A DNA stretch of 64,000 nt from Longimicrobiales bacterium (GCA_965204735.1 OZ242008.1:928001-992000), one strand, 5' to 3'. Positions 11,201 to 19,585 are shown, counted from the stretch's first letter. Notes: generated from the letters alone by a model not told the origin. A program made the numbers and translations.

Positions 11201-11701
11201 ACAAATAGTGTTGCTTTGGTCGGAATCATCGCGACATTCGTAAAGTCTAGCTTCGACGGCCTGATTGTGAAGGAGGCTCCCAATGTCAGTGAGGCTGTTT
11301 TTCTGACCTTCTGTCAGGTGGTTGACGCCTGCGACGTTGCCGTTGGACTCAATTCCGATCACCAGCAACCCACCTCTAACGTTGCTGTTGGCGAAGGCCG
11401 AAATGGTCTCGGTGATTCCGTCCCGGAGCTTCTTCAGTTGGTTTGTGAGCTCCCTGGGAGGGCTCCCCTTGCGGCCCGCAGCCTTACGATCGAAGTGCTG
11501 GCCCTCGAAATCGTCATCCGAGGACTGGGTCAAGAAGCCCCAGTGACTTGCGGGATCGTCGTAGACTGCCCGTGGGGAGGGTTCCATCAGCACTTCCTCT
11601 TCGTGGGACGCCCAAGACGGCAGAGCCGGAATCGCCCAAAGGTTGCGGGCTTGGCCGTGCGTTTCCACCACCGGCGGTTCGCCGCTCTCATCGGTCGTCA
11701 T
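8216..11701 (-). CDS. ago: Schlafen/AlbA_2 + HATPase_c_4 fused to a long prokaryotic Argonaute (MID-PIWI, predicted slicer-inactive)
   Basis: AlbA_2 motifs 'EGQHFDRK' and 'ISAFANSNVRGGLLVIGI'; HATPase_c_4 motifs 'EALVNALAHRDY', 'VKNPG', 'PRN'; L2 'LPEPEVEF..GITQYG'; MID 'YYVNK..GVPCQMV..NLALNICAKCGVRPWVL'; PIWI 'FFVGLSY', 'LTKLNW', 'PITLKYA'. Start is ATG 11701 (overlapping the methylase end) or 11587. Confidence 0.88.
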   Translation of the reverse strand: MTTDESGEPPVVETHGQARNLWAIPALPSWASHEEEVLMEPSPRAVYDDPASHWGFLTQSSDDDFEGQHFDRKAAGRKGSPPRELTNQLKKLRDGITETISAFANSNVRGGLLVIGIESNGNVAGVNHLTEGQKNSLTDIGSLLHNQAVEARLYECRDDSDQSNTICLLFAPYATNAICETLRARPKAWERRGPQNVLVTQAMRDRLRDRKNLTDFENAFCCPYDPADLSDDVLKEFRKVFSPDATRRFSDERLLYEAGALVRRDDDYWFTYAGLLFFGSNPQRVLPAAHIRLMRFGVVVNDHARRGLPTFDQKFTGPVTKQIREARTFFRESAFFKRYQKRRPTGGFVEEPEFPYTVIDEALVNALAHRDYRTGVPIECEAYTDAFVVKNPGRIIQRDTDPPPRFSLADVILDSMPRNTKLLEWLKLMRDPSGVAYVQAISEGTKQMVTAMETLGLPAPSYRLLSNETLIQIENRAEEREAALLAAANNDNATEFSNLFLLRFRQQDNVVGYEVFGSRYGQLVRTLRDALEGNGWFIHRDGFSRILAHMRRTEIGTPVGVRSIVRLYPAYEFQVRQYGQRFYLCIDYRCVALNVRNLTVVKQHFARARLDGHRCIANNGQWRRGHLSGFNDEFAEVRFLDTGTVETIPISDVIPICTVEMLKSMLHKEEPSFDLAAAIREHSLVTRPGSARERAQKILASVKYLSDKLFPLRCCDLDVDIATNPIRLSERLRPSEKELTVRRLPEPEVEFRQRQLSPDVRAGITQYGSYGDDPQEIELVPVCLTAVRQGMEGLIERLIGGRYKYRGSERTFATKFWYSGIATVSHVDDIHAELERLLHQRQRSRANLHPRSIFLVHTPEEGYARDDHLAPYYVNKRLLLERGVPCQMVDTPTLENPDWKDLNLALNICAKCGVRPWVLPDAIPEADFFVGLSYTQSRDGRRIMGFASVFNQYGRWEFYRGNTSYFDFEDRHLRLAELAKDVLKRLDSQLSSTPRVVFQYSAKFARADRKAILRSARTVRPEGTFAFVSVNSHHNVRFYDDRPETDGSLRRGSYVEVGTNKLYLSTTGYNPFRRMMGTARPLEVAAWIERPNDRGSRPDLRVLALQVLSLTKLNWASTDAFCGEPITLKYAKDIAYLTAAFLRQSEPFELHPSLENTPWFL

Positions 11702-14492
11702 CCTCCAGGGCGAGTTCCGTCTGTCCGAAGATAGGGCCTTCGCTCTCTCGATCATAAGCGGCCCCTTCAACGACACTTCGCCAATTGGCGTTCAGCTTGG
11801 AGAGGGCGCGCAACTCGGTGGTCGTGGTCGCGTCCTGCGCCTCGGGGCGTGAAAGCACTGGCGCACAGAGTGCCTGAGTGACCAACCGGAGCTGCTCCTG
11901 GCTCGGTCGCGCCGACTTCAGGAACTCCCGGACCTGGATCGGCCGGTGGTCGAGCAACCAGAGCAGCCGGTGGATGACGTCGATTAGCGGGGCCTGTCGG
12001 CCGTTCGTACTGATGCCCAGCCCGTCGTCGCTACCGCGCTCCTCGAAGGTCCGGACGCGGAATTTGCTCCTGGACTTCTCGACCAGGCACGGAGGGGGGC
12101 CGGAGAGCCCCTGTGGACCGTCGATCTCGATGCCCTGCGGATAGCAGAACACGTACGCGTCGCCGGCCTGGATGAGGGATTCACGATAGGTAAACCTCCA
12201 TAGGACGTAGAAGCGCGTCTCTGGGTCCACGGAGCCGACGGCTGCTCCACGCAAACCGAAGATCTCGTCAAGCATGACATCAAGTACGACGCCCTCGACG
12301 TCGCGGAGGTAGAGTTCGGCGGGCACGATTTCGCCGTTGGCGTACTCGACCTTGGCGAACCGCGTGTAGGCACGCAGGCCCGCGCCGACCGCAGCCATAA
12401 GGAGGTCTGCACCTCCAATTCCCTTGCCTCCCGCCCATAGGGTCGTCACGCGTTCGCGTGCGATGTGGAGAAGCTCCGGCTTTACCTGTGCCTCGTACCG
12501 CCCGGTCTCGGTCGTTTCGCGGCGGCGAGCGACGAAAAAGATGCTGTCGGAAAGCGCGGCGGCACCGAGCGCGTTGACCCTTCCTCGAGACTCCGTCTGC
12601 ACCGGCCATGCCTCGGTGACCGTGAGCCCCGCCCCAACTAGCGCACGAATCAATGTGGCCCATCCCTCCGTCGTTCGGTGGGCGTAGACGCAGACCAGTG
12701 GGGCACCCGGCTTCAGGACGCGACGGGCTTCTGCGAACGAGCGGCGCATCATGTCTTGATAGTGCATGTTCGCCTTCTTTGCGTCCCCGCCGTGCTCGCT
12801 CGGCTGTGCGACCGCCTCGCGCCGCTTGGGCGGCACAGGCAACGTGAAGTGCTCGGGGTAGAGATCACCGACGATGCGCTTCAGCCATACGTAGAAGAAC
12901 GCGGACAGATCCGCGTAGTATATGCTGCTATAGTACGGCGGGTCGGTGACCACCGCGTCGAAGGTCTCGTCGTTGTAGAACAGCTTTTCCGCGTTGCCGC
13001 GCGCAACAACCGATGGCTGGCCGACCTTGGCGAGCTCTCGAATACAGTACGCTTCCCGGTCCAGCGCGAAGGGGAGGCAGCCCTGGGTGTGCGCTAACCC
13101 ATTGATCTCTGAGAAATCGTAAATCATCTTCAGGGCTTGCCGATCACCAATAGCTCCTATCGTCCTCTGCACTCTGGGCTCCCACCGAGAGAACTTGTTG
13201 AATGTGACGACGAAACGGCCGAACGCCATCGCGAAATAGGTCGACAGCGCTCGTGCCCGGTCCTCGGCCATACCCTCCTTCAGCATTTCGGCGTGGGCCT
13301 GTCGAATGTTTTTGATCAGGGTCAACAGGACCAGTAGCTGTCGAGGCGTGAATAGTTCGCGATACGTATTCACTCCATAGTTAGGAAGTTGGTCACCAAG
13401 TTTCCCTTGAAGCATACCACCAGGAGGCTCACAACCGAGTTCCCCCTCAAGCTTCTCCAAACGCTGCTCTATCTCGTCCGCCGGCAACTCTACCGTGACA
13501 TCCGGGGGCAAGTATACTTTGGTTCGCCTTTTCCTCGATTTACCTTCTGGCGGCAACGAAACCACTACGGCAGCAAGCGATTCTTTCATCCTGTCGACTG
13601 TCGCCATTTCCTTGACGTGATCGGCAGGGGCAGGTGTATTGCATGCGACGCAGACCGCTTGTCCCGCGCCAGTCTGCGCCTCTTGTTGGGAGACTTCTCG
13701 GATGGACGCACCGGAAACGATGTCCCAGCAAAGTCGGTTGCCATCTTCGATTTGGGGAACAGCGGCAACGGCTCCGTTCTTCTTGCGTAGCCAAGCTTGG
13801 CGAACGAGCGGCACCGACGTGCCGCATCCCGGCCGACGACAGGGCACAGTGCGCGCCCAGATGCAAGCGATCAGGGTTGCTTCGCGCGACGGAGTGGGTG
13901 AATCTGATGTCCGGTTTCCGAAGAGGGTGATCTGGGAAGCGACCGCGTCCGATTCAGGTATCCGGACGTCTGGGTAAAGGTCGCCAACATCCTTCTTCAC
14001 GCGTTCGAGGACAACCCGACCCCAGTGTTCGAAGTCGTCGGCCAACTTCGGTCCGAACGTCTGTGGATACGCTAGCGTACATAGTTCGATCAGGTGGGCT
14101 ACCGGGTTGTAGTCGAGCGCGTGGCTCTCGCAACCGAGACGGGCGGCCTCGAGCGGAATCGCACCTCCGCCCGCAAATGGGTCCAGCACCTTCGGCGTCC
14201 GGCCACCGTGCGCCTCCAGGATGTGTCTGCGAGCCTTCTTGACGACTTCCGGATCCGGCTTGAACGCAGCGAGGTTGGCAACGAAAGACGCGGCTTCCCT
14301 ACGCTCGTCGTCCGATTCCGGCGCAGCGACTAGGGCGGCGTAGACCGCGGCGCGCGATGCGGTGATCGGACGGCGAGCGGGCCAGTAGTGGATCATCTCC
14401 ACGTATCGCCGGGGATGCAGCTTCTCGTGGGATGCGATGGCGTTGAGCGCGTCAAGAGGAAGGTAGTCCTCGATCAGTCGGCGGTCATCCAT
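11688..14492 (-). CDS. DUF1156 family adenine-specific DNA methyltransferase
   Basis: 'RLIEDYLPL', 'HYWPARRP', SAM-binding 'LDPFAGGGAIP', Zn-ribbon cysteines and catalytic 'TDPPYY'. ATG 14492 overlaps the helicase stop; 14504 is an alternative start. Confidence 0.92.
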   Translation of the reverse strand: MDDRRLIEDYLPLDALNAIASHEKLHPRRYVEMIHYWPARRPITASRAAVYAALVAAPESDDERREAASFVANLAAFKPDPEVVKKARRHILEAHGGRTPKVLDPFAGGGAIPLEAARLGCESHALDYNPVAHLIELCTLAYPQTFGPKLADDFEHWGRVVLERVKKDVGDLYPDVRIPESDAVASQITLFGNRTSDSPTPSREATLIACIWARTVPCRRPGCGTSVPLVRQAWLRKKNGAVAAVPQIEDGNRLCWDIVSGASIREVSQQEAQTGAGQAVCVACNTPAPADHVKEMATVDRMKESLAAVVVSLPPEGKSRKRRTKVYLPPDVTVELPADEIEQRLEKLEGELGCEPPGGMLQGKLGDQLPNYGVNTYRELFTPRQLLVLLTLIKNIRQAHAEMLKEGMAEDRARALSTYFAMAFGRFVVTFNKFSRWEPRVQRTIGAIGDRQALKMIYDFSEINGLAHTQGCLPFALDREAYCIRELAKVGQPSVVARGNAEKLFYNDETFDAVVTDPPYYSSIYYADLSAFFYVWLKRIVGDLYPEHFTLPVPPKRREAVAQPSEHGGDAKKANMHYQDMMRRSFAEARRVLKPGAPLVCVYAHRTTEGWATLIRALVGAGLTVTEAWPVQTESRGRVNALGAAALSDSIFFVARRRETTETGRYEAQVKPELLHIARERVTTLWAGGKGIGGADLLMAAVGAGLRAYTRFAKVEYANGEIVPAELYLRDVEGVVLDVMLDEIFGLRGAAVGSVDPETRFYVLWRFTYRESLIQAGDAYVFCYPQGIEIDGPQGLSGPPPCLVEKSRSKFRVRTFEERGSDDGLGISTNGRQAPLIDVIHRLLWLLDHRPIQVREFLKSARPSQEQLRLVTQALCAPVLSRPEAQDATTTTELRALSKLNANWRSVVEGAAYDRESEGPIFGQTELALEDDDR

Positions 14493-17400
14493 GATCCATG
14501 TCATCCGGTCTCCCGCAAACCTCTGCCTGATCCACCGTCTCCTGATCGAAAGCGGCCTGTTCCACAGCCCTTGCCGGGAGATCATAGTATCGTGCGGCCA
14601 CGACCTCCTTCTTGGCGTAGTCCAAGTGCTTGGCGGGGTTCTGGATCATCAGCGGAGTCGGGTCCGGGTTGTCCAACGGATCCCAGACGACATAAAGCCA
14701 GTAGGTGTCGGCGAGCTGTTGCGCCTTGTACCACTCGTTGGTGGTCAGCCGGACGGGCTGGCCGCGTTGTCGGCCCTTGACCTCGATGCGGCGCACACCG
14801 GTCACAGGGTCCCGGTAGCCCGTCTGTGGGTCCGGCGGCGCCAGGCTTCGAACGTCGAAGCCGATCTTCTGGTGCCCGACCCGCTCGCACTCGCGGCCCT
14901 GGGCCTCCTCATAGGCGACGACAACGTCCTCCGCGGCAACCTCGACCCGCTGCGTCAACGCCGGGTCGGGTTCCTCTCTGAATACGAGGGCGCGCTCCGT
15001 ATCCGTGTCGGGAGGCAGTACCAAGCAGCTCGCTATGTGCCGCACGGGACCGTGCCGGGCGATGCGAAGCCGCTCAATACCGGCCAGGCGCTCCTCCTGT
15101 GTGCGTTGCAGATCGGCAAGATCCTGTTCCGCACGCTGACGTGCCAGCGTTACTTCCGGCTCTTTTGGCTCCCGGGCCCGTAGCCCCATCACCCGATCCT
15201 GCGAGGCACGGGCACGAGCGGCGAAAGACTTCTCGAGATAGTCGCGCGCTACTTCCGCATAGTGGCCGCGTTCGGCCTGGGCGTCTCGCCGCCGCTGCAT
15301 CTGGATCGTCGCCTTGACATAGTCGCCGACGAGGCCTTGGTCGATCCCGGGCAAGGTCACGGACGGACTCGGATGGGCAGGCAGATCGATGAGCGCGTCC
15401 GGCGGCACTGTGCTGAAACGATCCGCAACGGCGATATCTTCGCCGCCCTCCTCCCGCACGGCCACCAGCTCGGAATGTATCGTCGTCGCCTCGCCCTTGG
15501 TGTTCTGGCCCTGTACTGGAATCTCGTAGAAATGGAGACGGTAGGGAGATTTCCCGTGCGGGTCCACGTACACGGCCGTCTGGCCCGCAAGCCGCTCGCC
15601 AAGGCTGTCTTGCAACCTCTCGTCCACGGCGGCGTAGAGCGGATGTCCGGGACCGACGAGTACGGCGTCAAGGTGCCGATCCTGCTCCAGGTGCTCCTTG
15701 TAGAAGGTCAGCTTGCGGTAGCTCGCCTCGGGCTTCCCATGGCGCCGGACCGCGGCAAGGCGCTCGGAGCGGAGCTCGGCGCGCACGTGCTCGATCCGCC
15801 AGAGTCCGTCCGCTCTTGGCTCTGTCCGCAGGCCCACCGCCCTGGCAGCGTTCAAGAAGTGGGATTCGACATAGCGAGGCATGAGCCGCCGCTCCTCCGT
15901 TTCCAAGTTTGCCCGTGCGAAGGACGAAAAATCTACGTGGGCGCGGGCCAATGCAATCCCAGTCGCGTCTTCGTACAGATCGAGCTGCTTCGGATCGATC
16001 CGCTCAATCGCATCGAGATAGTCGTCGAGGCGGCGCGGCTCATAGGCCACCTCCCGAAGCATTTCCGGCAGGTTGACCTTGTTCAGGGAGAGCACTTCGC
16101 CGACGACGTCGAACACTCGATCGCCGAGCGCATCCCGCATCCGGTTCAACTTGCTCAGCAGGCGCTCCAGAATACGTCCTTCGATGACTGGCTGACCGTC
16201 CTGCGACGAAGTGGCGACGAAATTGAAGGCGTACACATCGCGAGACTGCCCGATGCGGTGGATGCGGCCAAGTCGCTGTTCGAGACGGGTTGGGTTCCAA
16301 GGCAGATCGTAGTTGACCATCAGGTGACAGAACTGGAGGTTGATGCCCTCTCCGGCGGCCTCCGTCGCCACGCAGATCTGGCGGCTAGTTCGGAAATCTT
16401 CTTGAGCCTGCTTGCGCTCGTGCGGGTTCATCCCGCCGTGAATTTCGCATGTCGAATACCCCCAGGACTCGAGATGGCTCCTCAGGTGGTTCAGCGTGTC
16501 CCGGTGCTCGGTGAAGATAAGGAGCTTACCGCGTCCGTCCTTCAGTTCGTCGAATTCCGTTCGTTCCAGGCACTCGCGCAATGCGACGAGCTTGGAATCG
16601 AGGCCGCCTTCGCGCAATCGGCCTACGCTCGTCGCGAGGTCCCGTAGCGCCGCGACCTCGGCCCGTAGCTGACCCAAGGCGAGGGCCGCTGTAGTCTCGT
16701 CGATGAGACAATCGCGAGATGCGTCGTCGAGGTCGTCTTCGTCCTGTTCTACGTCGGCAACTTGACCTGATGCCTGCGCGAGTCGTCTCGCCCGCTGGGC
16801 AGGGGGCAAGTTGTCGAGTTCGTCAACCAATTCTCTTAGCCGTGTTCGACGACGAATCAGCGATTCGTGAATTGCGCGGGTAGAGCTGGCCAAGCGACGT
16901 TGAAATACCGTGCGCACGAGAGCGACGCTGTTCTTTCGCCTTCCGGTCGTTTGTGGAAGGAACTCATTGATGTATGCCGTTACCGCCTTGTAAACCGCGT
17001 ACTCTTGTTCGCTGAGCGCAAAGCTGACCGTGTGTACGTGGCGGTCCGCAAACAACCGACGCCCATGCAGGTCCTTGAGGTCTTCCTTGAGCCGTCGAAG
17101 CGACCACGGGCAATCTTGGCCGAGTTGTAGTACATCGCGTCGAACATGAGCGGCTTCTTCGCCTACGCGATGGGGTTCGGGGAACAGGTCCCGGTCGATA
17201 AGCCGGATGAAGTGTGCGAACCGGTCATCGTCACCGTGATGAGGCGTGGCTGTCAAGAGCAGCAGGTGGTCGCAATGTTCGGAGAGCCGCTCGGCGAGCT
17301 GGTAGCGCTTCGTGCGCTCAATCCCGTCCCCGCGACCGGTGGAGTACTTGGTACGAGCACTGCACTTGTGGGCTTCGTCGATGATGACGAGGTCCCAGTG

Positions 17401-18120
17401 CTGCCGCCACACGCGCTCCCGCACCTCGTCCCGCTTGGCGTAGTCGATGGAAGACACGATCTGCGTCTCTCGCTCCCATAGGTTTAGGAACTGCTGCTGG
17501 TCGTTCGCGGAGTGAACGACCTGGAACGTTTCATTGAAGAAGCGGAGTAGCTCGTCCTGCCACTGAATGGTCAACGGTGCCGGAACGAGGATCAGGCAAC
17601 GCTCGACGGCCTCTCGGAGCTTGAGTTCCTTGATGAGAAGGCCGGCCATGATCGTCTTCCCCGCGCCCGGATCGTCGGCGAGCAGGAAACGCAGGCGCGG
17701 CTGTGGTAGCATCCTACGGTAAACCGCGTCGATTTGATGAGGCAGAGTGCGGATGCCGGAAAGGCTGACCGCAAAGTGACGATCGAAGGTGTACGCCAAG
17801 CGGATACGAGCCGATTCGATCAAGAGCCGCATCTCCTCGGGATCGGCGGGTTGCGCCGCAGCGACTTCCCGTGGGTGATCACCCGACGCTACAGCAGCGG
17901 CGGCTTCCTCCGAAGAGATGATGGCCTCTTCAAGCGCTCCGTCGGGCAGGCGCACCCGGCATTCGTAGCCGGCGGAATCAGGTGCCGCAAGCGTTCTGAC
18001 GTCTTCGAGGACGACAGGTACATCGAAGTGCCCCGGTAGCGAGAGTCGTCGTCCGACCCATTCCGACAACTGGGCCTTCGTCTTCCCGTTCGTCTCGTTC
18101 TTGAGTGCCTGTAGCGTCAT
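14485..18120 (-). CDS. SNF2-family helicase with C-terminal DUF3883/NOV-like PD-(D/E)xK nuclease
   Basis: 'LLADDPGAGKT', 'IIDEAH', 'LTATPH', 'TEAAGEGINLQ', 'QRLGRIHRIGQ'; C-terminal 'GFDVRS...RIEVKGR...LTTNEW..YWLYVV'. Start is approximate. Confidence 0.92.
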   Translation of the reverse strand: MTLQALKNETNGKTKAQLSEWVGRRLSLPGHFDVPVVLEDVRTLAAPDSAGYECRVRLPDGALEEAIISSEEAAAAVASGDHPREVAAAQPADPEEMRLLIESARIRLAYTFDRHFAVSLSGIRTLPHQIDAVYRRMLPQPRLRFLLADDPGAGKTIMAGLLIKELKLREAVERCLILVPAPLTIQWQDELLRFFNETFQVVHSANDQQQFLNLWERETQIVSSIDYAKRDEVRERVWRQHWDLVIIDEAHKCSARTKYSTGRGDGIERTKRYQLAERLSEHCDHLLLLTATPHHGDDDRFAHFIRLIDRDLFPEPHRVGEEAAHVRRDVLQLGQDCPWSLRRLKEDLKDLHGRRLFADRHVHTVSFALSEQEYAVYKAVTAYINEFLPQTTGRRKNSVALVRTVFQRRLASSTRAIHESLIRRRTRLRELVDELDNLPPAQRARRLAQASGQVADVEQDEDDLDDASRDCLIDETTAALALGQLRAEVAALRDLATSVGRLREGGLDSKLVALRECLERTEFDELKDGRGKLLIFTEHRDTLNHLRSHLESWGYSTCEIHGGMNPHERKQAQEDFRTSRQICVATEAAGEGINLQFCHLMVNYDLPWNPTRLEQRLGRIHRIGQSRDVYAFNFVATSSQDGQPVIEGRILERLLSKLNRMRDALGDRVFDVVGEVLSLNKVNLPEMLREVAYEPRRLDDYLDAIERIDPKQLDLYEDATGIALARAHVDFSSFARANLETEERRLMPRYVESHFLNAARAVGLRTEPRADGLWRIEHVRAELRSERLAAVRRHGKPEASYRKLTFYKEHLEQDRHLDAVLVGPGHPLYAAVDERLQDSLGERLAGQTAVYVDPHGKSPYRLHFYEIPVQGQNTKGEATTIHSELVAVREEGGEDIAVADRFSTVPPDALIDLPAHPSPSVTLPGIDQGLVGDYVKATIQMQRRRDAQAERGHYAEVARDYLEKSFAARARASQDRVMGLRAREPKEPEVTLARQRAEQDLADLQRTQEERLAGIERLRIARHGPVRHIASCLVLPPDTDTERALVFREEPDPALTQRVEVAAEDVVVAYEEAQGRECERVGHQKIGFDVRSLAPPDPQTGYRDPVTGVRRIEVKGRQRGQPVRLTTNEWYKAQQLADTYWLYVVWDPLDNPDPTPLMIQNPAKHLDYAKKEVVAARYYDLPARAVEQAAFDQETVDQAEVCGRPDDMDHG

Positions 18121-18166
18121 TTGGGCGTGTGATTGGCCAGGAGACAATCCAAGACAGCACGTCAAG

Positions 18167-18195
18167 ATACTACTAGGGAACACGCCGGATGTCCA
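18167..18195 (-). promoter_or_regulatory. Putative sigma70 promoter for the defence operon
   Basis: Minus strand reads TGGACA-N17-TAGTAT, about 45 nt upstream of ATG 18120. Confidence 0.55.
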
Positions 18196-18285
18196 CCGGG
18201 GCCTGGAGAGAGCGGCCTACCACGGCAGAAACGGTCATGTTTGGTCGCATATCCCTATATGATCCAGGGTCCTGAACGGGCTGCT

Positions 18286-18419
18286 GAGGTAGGCGACGGC
18301 GACGAAGTTCTCGGTGGACGCGGTACCGCGGGCCCGGAGTTTCGCCGCCTAGACCAGCGAGTTCATGGCCTCCAGTATCCCGTTTCTGATCCGCGAGCGG
18401 AACCACGCTACGCGATGCC
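18286..18419 (-). mobile_element. Degenerate ISL3-family transposase C-terminal remnant
   Basis: Minus-strand translation 'WFRSRIRNGILEAMNSLV*AAKLRARGTASTENFVAVAYL' matches the ISL3 C-terminal signature (SNGxxExxNxxxxxxKxxARGYR). It has an internal TAG and an eroded GYR motif. Confidence 0.75.
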
Positions 18420-18490
18420 CCTCGTCCGGCCGGTCCCCCACAGCCCCGTCCGCCCCGGGCGGAACCCGGAGACCCGGACGCAGGACCGCC

Positions 18491-19585
18491 TCAGACGAAG
18501 CGGTAGAGCCTTACGTCCAGGGACCGCGTCGCCCGTTCGGCGTCCCGCCACTGGACCATGATCGGGCTCTGGTAGGTGCCGCTGGGGATCACGCTGGTTC
18601 CGTCGCCGGCGAGGTCGAGCACAGGGAGGCTGATCTGCCGCTTCATGCGCAGGAAGTGGGAGACGGGGACCGCCAGCGCCCGATTCACGATCCGCTCCAC
18701 GACCGACCTGCGCACGCCCATTCGATCCAGCAGCGTGTTGAGGACCTGCACGGCGTCGAACTGGGCGTAGTTGAGGGTCTTGGCGGGAATGGCCCGGGGG
18801 TCCCGCAAGGCGTTTCGGCCTCGCTCGGCCATGAACCGCAGGGGATCCGCCAGCACTTCCCGCAGGTCGTGCGTCATGAGCAGCGTTTCGTACTCGTTGA
18901 CCGTCAAGCCGGCGTTCCGCTCGTCGGGCGCGAGGGAGACGTCGAGTCGGCCGAAGGACACTCCGTGAGCTTGCGCAAGCTTCCGCAGCTCTTCCATGAC
19001 CCCGAGGTTCGGGTCCCGCAGGTTGCATGCGTCGAGGGCGTGGGACGGCGCCTCCACGTCCAGGGTCAGGCGGGCGACTTCGGTCTCGCCGCCGTAGGCC
19101 ACCACCGTGGTGCGCCGGCGTCTCGTTCCCGCGTCGTGGACCCCGTCGAGCTCCACGAACCACACCGGGTCGTCCCGCTGCTCGTAGGACACGCAGTTCT
19201 TCAGCCCCGCGCCGATGAAGGTGAGGTGCGAGTCGGCGTTCTTGGGCTCGTTGGCCCGCTGCTCCTCCGACAACTCGGTGCGCAGGTGAAGCTTGTCGTG
19301 GACGTAGCCGGCGTCCGGCGGAAAGAGCTTGCGGAAGACCTGGAGGAACTCCTGCACGTTCTCGTCGTCGTGCTCCAGCCTCTCGGCGATCCGCTGGTCC
19401 AGGTAGCCCGCCGTCGTGTGGTCGGAGACGTAGAGCGCCTTGGGGAACTGGGTGAAGCTGCTCCCGAACTCCTTGGCCAGGCTTCCCCGCACGTCGATCA
19501 GCTCGATCCGCGACGAAGGCTTGATTCGCAGGACGGCCTGGAACGGACCGTTGCCCGACGAGCTGCGGTGCTCCAGCTCAATCAC
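18491..19585 (-). CDS. YjbQ/UPF0047-like protein, apparently two tandem domains
   Basis: 'HTTAG', 'YVHD', 'NADSHL', 'FVELDG' in the first half; 'NAGLTVNE' and 'GTYQS' in the second half. GTG start. Confidence 0.6.
   Translation of the reverse strand: MIELEHRSSSGNGPFQAVLRIKPSSRIELIDVRGSLAKEFGSSFTQFPKALYVSDHTTAGYLDQRIAERLEHDDENVQEFLQVFRKLFPPDAGYVHDKLHLRTELSEEQRANEPKNADSHLTFIGAGLKNCVSYEQRDDPVWFVELDGVHDAGTRRRRTTVVAYGGETEVARLTLDVEAPSHALDACNLRDPNLGVMEELRKLAQAHGVSFGRLDVSLAPDERNAGLTVNEYETLLMTHDLREVLADPLRFMAERGRNALRDPRAIPAKTLNYAQFDAVQVLNTLLDRMGVRRSVVERIVNRALAVPVSHFLRMKRQISLPVLDLAGDGTSVIPSGTYQSPIMVQWRDAERATRSLDVRLYRFV

Noticed and set aside
5284..18120. Calling the island BREX, DISARM or a classical type I/III R-M system
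   Set aside because: No PglZ, BrxL, DrmA/B, HsdS or Res/Mod architecture was recognised. The motifs fit DUF499/DUF1156/SNF2.
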